Source of the DNA: a virus
DNA length: 64,000 nt
Virus record (IMG/VR): IMGVR_UViG_3300037851_000950
Coordinates: 36,702 to 100,701 of that record
Reading direction: 5' to 3' (one strand)
The translations under genes and the position numbers were made by a program. This document shows, piece by piece, positions 12,201 to 19,400 of the stretch (positions are counted from its first letter, which is position 1; each line of letters opens with the position of its first letter). The notes under the pieces are model-generated. The model was not told the DNA's origin, ran no database searches, and saw only the letters and a program-made list of their open reading frames with translations.

Positions 12201-15200
12201 TTTGAGATTACTCCTCAGATGAGTCTGCAAGGAGATCGCTTCATCATGGCGCTCGACAGAACAATGAAGAGTGCAATTCCTTTCGGTACAACTCGCGGCA
12301 GAGTAGAACCGATTGCGCTCCCTGGAGGCGGTTCAGCGGCTAATCTTTTTGAGCTGGAGACCTGGGCCCGGGCCAACAATATCACCGAAGAACAGGTGAT
12401 GGACATCATGGTTCAAAACGGAGTTCAGGACGATTATATTCAGGAAGTGATCTTTGACTCCAGTGTAAAAACAGGAGCTTCGAATATCAACTGGTTCAAT
12501 TCTCCCGAAGAGTTTATCCAGGCGGCAAGTCAGCCAGGATTTGCGCCGGTCTACCTGGAACGTGGAAACAGTGAACGAGGATTAATTCTTGATGCCAACA
12601 AGGAATCCGACGGCGCAGATGGTACGCTCTCGACTCAAAACGTGGGTGCCTATCTTCAACACGAGTCTACAAGAGCCGAAGGCCTTGAGATTATCAACGC
12701 GATTAACGTCATTGGTAATCTGGAACGTAAGCGCGTTAAGACCGATCAGGTACAAGACGTTGTTGAGCCCCTGCTGAACAAAATCAAGGAGCAGGAAAGT
12801 GCGAATTACATATCCAGTATTGTTGCCAAAGGGGGAGTTCTTCCTATTGACAACATACAGATTCTTCGCAAAGCGTTTAGCGCGTTTGCTTCTTCTCTTT
12901 CTGACTCTACGGTCGGTCTGAAGATGGCAGGTGGCCAGCAGGTCCTTGCCCCCGCAACAGGTATCTTTCGTGCAATAGATGTCAATGGTCGTGGAATTCT
13001 TGCCGGTGCTGCTGAAAATCAAGCAGGAACTTCTCGCGAACTTCACGGATTCGACGCTTTTAAAGATGGTAAGTCCGTTTTGGATACTCCTATCTGGAAA
13101 GCCCTCAAAGAAGCACACGATGCAAAGAGGTATGATGAGTCTGCAGTTTTGCGTCAACAGCTTTACCAAGAGTTGAGTAATGGGTGGGTGTTACAGCAGG
13201 CAGAGTGTGTAGTTTCCCCGATTCATTTCTCCAAATTCAATATTCCGAAAGGAGCGCAGATTCCAGATGTAACCCCGGACTCTTTGGCCGAGTGGAACTT
13301 GAGAGCTCGTTTTCGCAAGAGCTGGATTAAGGAAGAAGGAGATATTGCTCTGTGGGAACAACTCGTCGAAGAGCGTAAAGCCATTCGTAACAATACGGCT
13401 CTCGATCCTCAACAGCAGGCGGTTATGCTCAATGAAGTCGAACAAAAGTTTGATCTCATTAAGACTAAGTACATTACCAGCATGAAGGTTCAGGATGCAG
13501 AAAAGTACGTAAAGATGTACGATTCTTTCCTGAAGACACTTGACATATTGCTCGGACGTATCCCGGGAACGACAATTCATTCAATTTTGCCGATGACAGC
13601 GGTTGGGTTTGCATGGGATGCGGACAATCGGGTTCATGTTCACCCCGATGTTTTGATCTACCAGGGTGCCGACCAGGATATTGATAAGGGTAATATTCTC
13701 GCGTTTGATCCCGACCAAGAGGGTCTCATTGAAATTCCTTCAACTGTCGAAGACGCTGGTCGCTCAGTGCCGGCGCTGAAGAATCTAATCGTACAGAAAA
13801 TGTGGGACGCTTCCATGAAACCAGGAGCCGCCATCATTTCTACGATGCCGACAGCTACTCAGCTTCTCGACGAAAAACTTGCGGAGTTTGAAGGAGAGAC
13901 CAATGAGTATCAGTCTGAAGACAGTCCTGTTTCTGTTGCTCAGAAATATGCTGAAGGTCAGCTTGCAAAGAACGCCGTGGCCACGTTGGCTCTTGGTTTG
14001 AAAACCTACAACGGACTTGTCTATTCGTCAAGCAAAACCGGCAAAAGCTATGATGCCTGGACACCCAAGAGCCCGGCTCTTTACAGGGGTGGAAATCCCA
14101 TGGCTCTTGTCGATAACATCAACTCGCTGCAATTCTTTGACGAATTCATTCAAGCAGCCCTCGATAACGCCAAAGATCCCAAACTCGCAAAGGCGGCGAT
14201 GAATCCCGACAATGCCCAAGTTATCAACACGCTGGGGCTTTATGGGTATACTCCTTCGCAAGTAGTTGACTTCATTCGCCATCCGCTTGTGCGAGAGGTT
14301 TTCATCAAATATGCCGAGCAAAAAGAACTCAAGTATGTTCAGGATTTTGTAGCTCCTCTCGAATTCCTCAAAAATTTCGCAGAGACAAATCCGGCACCTG
14401 AACTTGAAGATCTTGGATTTTTGATGAGGATTGGAAGGCAGTTCTCCGCAGTAGGTACGATTTTCTCTCTCAACAAAGAGGTCGCCAATAACTTTTTCGA
14501 AGCCTACAAGATTCGTCGTGCATTCAATGATTTGACCGGAGGAAAGGAGTTCAACTTCGAAAAGTTTGCAGATATCATTAACGATCCTGCAGAACGCAAA
14601 AAGATGAGCGACAACTGGAATGCCCGGTTTGGCGGAAGTAAAGAGCGAGTGAATATCATGGAAGTCCTTGAGGATAACCAACACATGCTTTCTTACTTTG
14701 CTTCTTTTGTACTGGCTCACAAGACTTTCCGCGATAAGTCAAAGATGTATGATTACCTCTTCAGACTTGTGGATACTGTAAGCTGGGAAAGGATTACTGA
14801 CGAAGCGAAGTTCAATTCTGTTCTTGACTTCATCTACGGAATGGCTGTCGATAGTTATCTGCGCGACAGGCAAGTCACCATTACTCTTGATGGAAAAGTG
14901 TATGATCTCGGAGTAGTAGGAGATACTGAAGAAAACTACGGTCGCGTGTCGTTCATGAGAGATGTGCCGTATTACTTTACTCCGGAGTCTGGGTCGATTC
15001 GTCCAAAAACAGCAGGATCTGTTCTGGAGTACCTTACCCAAATGAGTACGGAAGACGGCACGATTATTAAGCCTTGGGGTAATCTCAGAGACTATCCTGA
15101 CGATCGCAAGGCAATGGCCATGCAGGCAATGACCCTTGCGGATCAGATGCTTGAATATCCTGCTGGAGACACCTCACCAAACAGGGTATTGTTTTACTAC

Positions 15201-16499
15201 TCCTTGATCAAAGACAAGGGAGCAATGTCAGGCACATCGTTTACCGAGATGTTCAATTACGACACTCGCGTAATGGGAGACTTCGACAACTATGTTCACA
15301 ATTCTTTTGCACCCACTTACTTCGTATCTCCTGATTCCACTCACATTCAGGACTTGGAATTGATTTTGAAGATGTCAAGCAGATTTTCCTGGCAGATGAG
15401 CCTTGAAGAGCTTGAGCTTCTCAAAAGCAAAGAGATGAGGAAGAAGCAAGAGGCAATGCAACGCAATCGTATTTCAATTCCTTACAGCTCCAACTCGGCT
15501 CTTAACGGATTGATCACCGCTGACTCCTTTAAGGGAAGGGTTGTAGAAAGCAGAAATATAGTTGTTCTCCCAGTAATCGTTGAGTTTACAAAAGGTAAAT
15601 GGGTAGATCCTCAGACTGGAAAAGAGGTTGATCCTGACAAGCTTCCTACCGCTCAAAACTCAATTGGCGAAACTATGGTTTGGAGCAAGAAGCAAAACAG
15701 CTATGTTATCAAATCAGAAAAAGACCGCGAAGATGAAGAGGGCGAACGTACATTCTCTTCGGAAGAAACCGGATATGATGACAATCTGATTTACAAAGCT
15801 CATCGCAATCGAATCAGTCACGGCATGCTTACCAAGTTTGCCGAAATGCTCGGTCAGAGATTCGGAGTTCCTGTTCAGGTAATGACTACGGCTCAGATGA
15901 TTGACAATTACGGCCCTTCTCGCGCAAAGGCCAAGGGATTGATGATTGAGTCCAGCGGTACAGTGATTATTAACTCTGACAAGGTTACTATCGATACTCC
16001 AATTCACGAAATCAGTCACGTCTTCATGCTCGCACTGCAGCGGGAGAAGCCCGAATTATTCCGTAAGATTATCGACGAAGCTCTTGCTCACGATTATGCC
16101 AAAACAATACGTGCAAAGTATCCCGAAGAAACCGATGAGTATATCGGCATGGAAGTCTTCGCAACCCTTGCCGGCATGCAATCGGCAAACAAGGTCGTGG
16201 ATTTCTACAACAGGAACTGGTTTACCAGGATGAAAGATACCTTGCGGGAATTCTTTAACTGGCTTGCAGAAAAGTTGAATTTTTCCCCTATTTTTGACAG
16301 GGCACTCTCTGTCAACGACAGTTTAATGAGTCTTATCGACAAAGTCGGTGAGTCAGCAGTTTCGGCACTTAGGCTTACATCTAACGAAATGACCACACTT
16401 GACATGCTTGGTATCCGTCTCGTGCCCGCAAATCAGAGACTTATGGCTATTCGGAACCGCCTCCGGGCCGAAAAACGTGTTGAAAAAATCTGCGATTGA
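3237..16499 (+). CDS. Giant virion-packaged DNA-directed RNA polymerase polyprotein (crAss/phi14:2 gp66-like) with N-terminal membrane helices, SF1 helicase-like domain and C-terminal zincin, 4420 aa
   Basis: Catalytic DxDxD in GADQDIDK (DQDIDK at nt 13671-13688), preceded by RIPG and followed by LDNAKDP. Other crAss-vRNAP-type motifs: DMAKR, YDG, KYAS, SVKTG, STQ. SF1 motifs: PQGEGKT, IVIDE, GDSAQ, TAVGRA. Zincin HEISH at nt 16005-16019. Hydrophobic helices and EATEEGLQ in the N-terminal ~570 aa. Confidence 0.9.
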   Translation: MEPINNSKESPTTLPTPTTPVTGKATPALGQKFDWFLDDLDGKNANPADLYHSGIRPEHLAMHDAEKYWSRPEIQQKFKAQFGEKAKEQFENVYKLSKDRLQAFRQDAYDIDATSTPVFDFRTPAAERLAAAGKGSFSKASPVRKEAPAGGIDPWGRQLLGINRNTRVMSLGPPQHGWRETPNIKVKTPDGRYVTVEEYKKIDPDATFVHAVNEDGSPMVGEDAQNYLRPLAWGEEKRTYEQYWTGDSWNVFGSTGIGTPEWYAAKWLPKNVMNFSADTIDAMAETFKLADNFFQTGVQSDWDKAMTNIQNVTMSKMWGSTSEYGMSDWKTAEGLGDGFAQVGMQLLGMMGVIKGVTGLSRVAKLGAGTRAGSRAALLWMSAIASDDFAKEGREIGLTPKEQATAWGAYMFGMYYLEKLSELVVDPITSGFQVKQAVKKMLIPSLAAAKATSPTKTLALPGIIQAVKSTRAWLDDGLREMMTSPSKLVKYTAAGATEATEEGLQLVWDKGFKTGYNEIYGDYIGSPEYDQLTNRNKDARFKPNWDTFSTELAANLTMGFAGGVFFKFSQSMFERNTPTDRREVLALGAIEGGFEKANRYLDDLWSRDKILPGQKYTDAFGKALEKGKEMSSRSGMAYQAMKAELRMAEQLWNSKNLAMAKPVMADRISYLNEETVARYTSFKKDVTSKLEELDKIQGEMLDNKLSDVQIKAAEARAQVLEKELKDMAEGKYANRYLHEAIFRVDPLVRSRYTEDANSNLDFEQFAKLNAYMTARVTNAAELQGKTPKELLKHILENRTLGYSVEQAKEAVTALDEEYGVISEEMPDGTIKKKLPEGDLGKQYAQKKALIDSMILGPEWTDEQAKVHRILSIDPLDDFYASFTPDGSAGVAFKRQIEVLEKEAMSSMATGTKVFDDTTSISAIASQVIKRIQQAEAMANTNRETNELLSKNGISEKHQTIDLPKKEQIIRQLSEMLGRLQTLYEVALANKGNFYKASQEAADRQRMYTSTMMTSLINAGIREPSYKLFFETLAPDAAALTADTNSDNAFVRLSNLQKKLHDYFQSDAKAAITRFMMMMEEGRISEDEYGYIKAIISQDPKNFYSAYQDVLKGMTADNRTPFPAQLRNSYRIAAHLSGNDNAWEFYNSKRREDGAYPYVVNLNESFFLDLPQGEGKTFIAAVGVAASQKLYGGEAVLFAKRDWVVKKNIAEFERVGAKVKPSPGFNGSFEAIMKFVENKSMMENVRTIVIDEVQQYRKDQIAELDKFIGLFNQQQDPRNRVRLLFLGDSAQYGPMHPDPKHFNLQYHIGDNPGRSIVERGESTGFNFRSGNTDINTVLSHLRSMWLQNMVRNFPEIVVKYNLKNRNGVMMTDDMVGSLKNIVGALGPNSPDYVVIAPPERHSLYTAAGVPSSQIMDVEQAGGGSWKVVFIDQDFDLNKPGGARSNEISKALTAVGRAAEFAVIANKPSYAIRSVEGESIGKENQFSTEEMTRMRTKELTSLENASLPVNPTIDPVINREYTSVTLETVVKTEYADVNTDINEQINKMVASTIGKLPNYALTHTYYNYASSKSADGTVKQLSELEGKKLKKQFFNGPTMPFEADRVSYELRIQRNQFPTQSVYTVAEQEDPAIRHHERMVLYAKFSKGGVEMGELSVGELSVKDLKIPGDPNAVFAIPLKTDETFTALLRSNYAEAASGPNFRNPWKALQKEREQGVNRTKLEKNLDDFIAENPDINFSTKVWHRTTAPVEGAGKAEATPYIFISAKYSPEEMDEILRVEQSSQYEKRPYGTKLRISDQQLDTWQQMGIYGIPIEGGIEYPFTTFLEKMAGDAALPKADRTFYVTYNQERRLRDWLIKTLSPKNPEFDFETKDEFIKSKLFSSNSREDQIRRYLATKVAHSIYPRGMREVTEPTEEKGSWVSRKENKGAFGIKDDTKDYQLYATDLMLSLYEDSIKKDVGEGKDGRMSDVALAKEVLNEISRKLFPDGWWMHSSIIEGSTVERKAPFGASAISRGDYTITNLLNVPRPVMQIPIDAINNALNGSVPSEVNITVEQRPAVKEETKQADIIDADKDPDTGLPIGEYVRKFEGAPDTIEGIQARWFGKGSDFYYLHEFTTYFRNQVYNSVFNLQSETPHIATEESLNDSLSALRRSISQRIKSFQDAGINQSQYAVRGLLRNSRESYYAYVMHYEFDALLKNYVQSIRKDPAGRYRFVSDKFSFNQMSDSGHEVSHIGTGSKMVALHIYNTPFIEVAFGKDKDGNIIKEYVSSRTLNQGDYVRLIRDMQDNDITSREKALAYFSLNGSEPQNDLDRIKRSIYLRFLAPADRLVKVNGATYHSMETAPRNEREMQIAADTVTALISFLASGNVVDYVKVYLHADNQTNTSGRFTGNKMQADFFRADMEASIKGALEMNLEKRVVNSKTPPLAYFSRHDQVATFKFNNGPGNEETLRVRFKNNAYEITVGDTKERPLDPAVIGNFFRHVGLGAIDGKMYDKIVQAPGFGASMYEIAKFFKKEDPSKEIFEGASLFAWEEFSKAIGTVRDIQASQTYNLLGKPGNPVNLVSLSNPVDRTNQKIKEYQTSPVQGPLNVLDIVKGDLGVEGVLLLEGLIVQGTRRSKSVSELTPREFFKFMFRDLYLSSLAKQLKPQHKVNIPFVTRAYADKGMAPAPIFSNNEWLPRHNDVVDIAFLRNRAVKSKHRYYVALGQAALQSWKDAFAATGILKNVPISSAASPEELIAALQRINEIIPTFDDAQVKVLMKTGLVKELHYRLKANADGTLSMLPMKQSFLDKIDLQKLDKRMAANLANFTTEYYKMNVKSDELKQYLDRIGIDEDSAIKSFFWNQAWVAHNFNSLHAGAIEQYGTRDEYSDMAKRASGQSTHRYRFVERDKNWVPDGAPRNVIEGRKLGQTSKTMIMNDFAVTRPSISYMGNKVSTVKVYDGLAFHNPYARLQMQASYGGNFGFQVGKNLKPISSFMRPIVGSSRLDKYASFEITPQMSLQGDRFIMALDRTMKSAIPFGTTRGRVEPIALPGGGSAANLFELETWARANNITEEQVMDIMVQNGVQDDYIQEVIFDSSVKTGASNINWFNSPEEFIQAASQPGFAPVYLERGNSERGLILDANKESDGADGTLSTQNVGAYLQHESTRAEGLEIINAINVIGNLERKRVKTDQVQDVVEPLLNKIKEQESANYISSIVAKGGVLPIDNIQILRKAFSAFASSLSDSTVGLKMAGGQQVLAPATGIFRAIDVNGRGILAGAAENQAGTSRELHGFDAFKDGKSVLDTPIWKALKEAHDAKRYDESAVLRQQLYQELSNGWVLQQAECVVSPIHFSKFNIPKGAQIPDVTPDSLAEWNLRARFRKSWIKEEGDIALWEQLVEERKAIRNNTALDPQQQAVMLNEVEQKFDLIKTKYITSMKVQDAEKYVKMYDSFLKTLDILLGRIPGTTIHSILPMTAVGFAWDADNRVHVHPDVLIYQGADQDIDKGNILAFDPDQEGLIEIPSTVEDAGRSVPALKNLIVQKMWDASMKPGAAIISTMPTATQLLDEKLAEFEGETNEYQSEDSPVSVAQKYAEGQLAKNAVATLALGLKTYNGLVYSSSKTGKSYDAWTPKSPALYRGGNPMALVDNINSLQFFDEFIQAALDNAKDPKLAKAAMNPDNAQVINTLGLYGYTPSQVVDFIRHPLVREVFIKYAEQKELKYVQDFVAPLEFLKNFAETNPAPELEDLGFLMRIGRQFSAVGTIFSLNKEVANNFFEAYKIRRAFNDLTGGKEFNFEKFADIINDPAERKKMSDNWNARFGGSKERVNIMEVLEDNQHMLSYFASFVLAHKTFRDKSKMYDYLFRLVDTVSWERITDEAKFNSVLDFIYGMAVDSYLRDRQVTITLDGKVYDLGVVGDTEENYGRVSFMRDVPYYFTPESGSIRPKTAGSVLEYLTQMSTEDGTIIKPWGNLRDYPDDRKAMAMQAMTLADQMLEYPAGDTSPNRVLFYYSLIKDKGAMSGTSFTEMFNYDTRVMGDFDNYVHNSFAPTYFVSPDSTHIQDLELILKMSSRFSWQMSLEELELLKSKEMRKKQEAMQRNRISIPYSSNSALNGLITADSFKGRVVESRNIVVLPVIVEFTKGKWVDPQTGKEVDPDKLPTAQNSIGETMVWSKKQNSYVIKSEKDREDEEGERTFSSEETGYDDNLIYKAHRNRISHGMLTKFAEMLGQRFGVPVQVMTTAQMIDNYGPSRAKAKGLMIESSGTVIINSDKVTIDTPIHEISHVFMLALQREKPELFRKIIDEALAHDYAKTIRAKYPEETDEYIGMEVFATLAGMQSANKVVDFYNRNWFTRMKDTLREFFNWLAEKLNFSPIFDRALSVNDSLMSLIDKVGESAVSALRLTSNEMTTLDMLGIRLVPANQRLMAIRNRLRAEKRVEKICD

Positions 16500-19400
16500 T
16501 GGCCTGCATTGAGAAATACAAAGCTCCGAATGGCGAATTCTCCCACCTTCATGCTCAGTTGGTAGACCAGCTTGGAAGCTGGCGAGGAGATCATGCCTAT
16601 CTGGAGATCCACGACGAGGCGTTCAAAACCTGGTTTGGAGACTGGGAATCTGAATATGGTCTGCGCAACAGGGGTAACAAAAATGCAGGCACTTTCAATC
16701 GGTCAGAGGGTCCCGGGGAGCCTGTGCCATACCCTTCTCTGGATGAGAACTGGGAACCCAAGATCTTCTGGCACGGAACCAATACCGACAAGATCAAAAG
16801 CTTTAACCAGGAGGAAAACAACTTCACTACTGACCGCGAATCTGCCGAAGACTATGCCCGGGAAATGGCATTGCTCAAAGGAGGATCTCCCAAAGTGTAT
16901 CCTGTTTACTTGAGAATTCGTCAAAGAGACTTGCGTGCAGGCCATATCAAAATCAATGGTGATCGGGTTATTGTTACCGCTGACGCACGCGACAGTATCA
17001 AGTCGATTGAGAATGACGGCAACTATTCCAAATGGGGTAAGATATTCGAGTCTTCGATAAAAGAGGAACAGCCAGAAATGGATCCCAAAAAGCTTCGGCT
17101 TAAGCTGATTGATTCTGCTGCTTTGATCCAAGCACCTACGGGCGAGAACGCTAACTTTTACGGATATCAGGGCAAGTCCCTGGATCGTACCTCAACAAAA
17201 GTTGACAAGTATGTACGTTATCGAGGTGATGAAAGCGGTAAGGCTTATTCCGATGTGGGCACTAAGTACCACAAAATCATGGAGCTCTTGGTCAATGGCG
17301 CTTCTCCCGAACACATCGGAGACCTTAGTAACGAACTGGTCAGAGCTGGCTTTCCACCAATCGATGATAAAATTGAAGGAGCCTTTATCCGAGAAATGTG
17401 GTACGAGATTCAAGAACTGCGGAAGACAGGAGAGCTAATTGCTGAATTTCGTGCGGCCCGTATTGACAAGGGTTATGCTGGTACGATTGACTTGCTTTAC
17501 ATTGACAAGAAGACAGGCAAAGCAAGGATATACGATCTGAAGACAGCCCACGAAACTCCGTGGAAAAAGAATCCCCCTGAAGGTACGAACATGACCAAAG
17601 ATGTTTGGTCGATTTCTGACTTCAACTACTATAAGGCAGAGCGATACGCGCTTCAAACCGCCTACTACGAGGATTTGATTTCTGCCGGAGATACCGTAAC
17701 CGATCGTCCTCCTCTCCAGGTCGAGGGTATATTCGTTATGCCCACAGAAGTCAAATACGACGACCAGGGTAACGTGGCGTTGGTTCGCCTTCTGCCCACT
17801 GAGAACGTCAAACAGTGGTCTCGCGGAAGCGGAAGATCTTTCTATTCAAACGCGGTTCGCCAAGTTAAGAATGATCTGGAAAATCAAGAGATTGCCGAAG
17901 GCTTCAAAGGACGTCCGACCGGGCTTGGTGATTCTGGTAACTTTCTACGCCAGGCGTTGGGAGCACACATCGATTCTACCGAAGCGCTTGATGCACGCGC
18001 AACCAATTTTGTAGAGCGCAACAGTGATGAGAAAACATTCACTCTGATGGATGAAAAACCTGTTGCTTGGAGAAGTGACAACAAGCAGGACAGAATTGCC
18101 CAGGTAAAGGAGCTGTTTATTCGCATGGACCAGAATCACGCCGGTAATATGACTTCCGGTGTAGAGACGTTTTTCGGCGGAGAATTCAGAAATCCGAAAG
18201 CAAGTAGTGCCGGATCGATGTTTACTCTCAAGCACAACACTGTTACTAAGGAAGGGGCGATTACGGTTACTTATGCTCGTTCTTATCGCCTTCACAGTAT
18301 TCTGAACTACTCCAATGCCAAGAACGTAATCAAGCTGTCGACCATTAAAGGGTTCGAACAGTACTCCGACGTAATGCTCGTTCATCGTGGAGATGGTGCC
18401 TACGATCTGCTTACCTTTACCAACATCCCTCACTACACAAGATTCGACGTCAAGAACAAAGACAAGAATTTTACCCGCAAGCTTCGTGTCGATGGGGACA
18501 GTATTTATGGAAACCACTTCTCACCCTATACTTCGGAGAATCTCGGAGTAACTCTCCAGAACAACTTCGGAGATTTTACCCGCATGCGCTTGGGGCTCAT
18601 CGCTCTTGAACTTCAGAAAGAGAATCCTTCGATGAACGTCAACTCTATTATTGTTGATTACATCGCAGATAAGAGTCTTACCAGTCCTCACGGGATACTG
18701 CTCGACCAGTTAACCCCACAGATCAGTCATCTCAACAATATTGAGGCAATAAAGCCGATTATGCCGGAACGTATCCGGGAAGTTATTGGAACTGCTCGCA
18801 AGAGCAATCTTGCTGCAGGGGATGCACTGGCCGAGCTTAATACTTTCCTTCAAGCCGAATTGAGCGAGCCTTTTGCGGATAAGCTTTCCAAGCAAATTGA
18901 TCGGTTCTCACGCAATGAAATTACCCGGGATGAGCTCGCCAATGAGCTCATGAACGGAGTAAACGGCATGCGTCATTATCTGCGCCAGAAGAATCTCAAG
19001 AGTGCGGACGTAGATCAAATGAAGAATTTGCTTTCCTCTGATCCGTATTTCATGGCCCTTGCCAGGGCATGGGTAGTTTTGAAGGGAATGGGATTTGACC
19101 CCGAAAAGGATGTGAGCGATCAGTTTCTTGGGCAGATTACTTACTGGATCAAATCTCCAACCGCAACCGGCCGCAAGACACTCGATAAGTTTTTTGATCT
19201 TTTCCGACAGCATGTCGACAACATCAAGCAGGAGATGCAAAAATTCCTGCATGTCAAAGAACCTGTTTTCAGAGATCTGGTTAACGAAGATCCTCTGGTC
19301 AAACGAGGTATTCCTGTTGTAGATTCTCACGCCGGAGGTTCAGATGCGATCCTGGCGATGACTCGTTCTGTAATGGAACCGCTCATTATGACTCGCCTGG

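Noticed and set aside
3264-16405. Many 60-344 aa antisense or out-of-frame ORFs inside the vRNAP gene
   Set aside because: They lie wholly within a motif-supported gene and show no recognisable motifs, as expected for shadow ORFs.
3237-16499. Intein or intron explaining the size of the RNAP gene
   Set aside because: No intein splice-junction or LAGLIDADG motifs were recognised; the extra length is accounted for by membrane, helicase and zincin domains.
17170-17780. Cas4/CRISPR adaptation function for the nuclease domain
   Set aside because: The Fe-S cluster cysteines of Cas4 are absent and there are no cas genes or array; treated as a generic PD-(D/E)XK nuclease.
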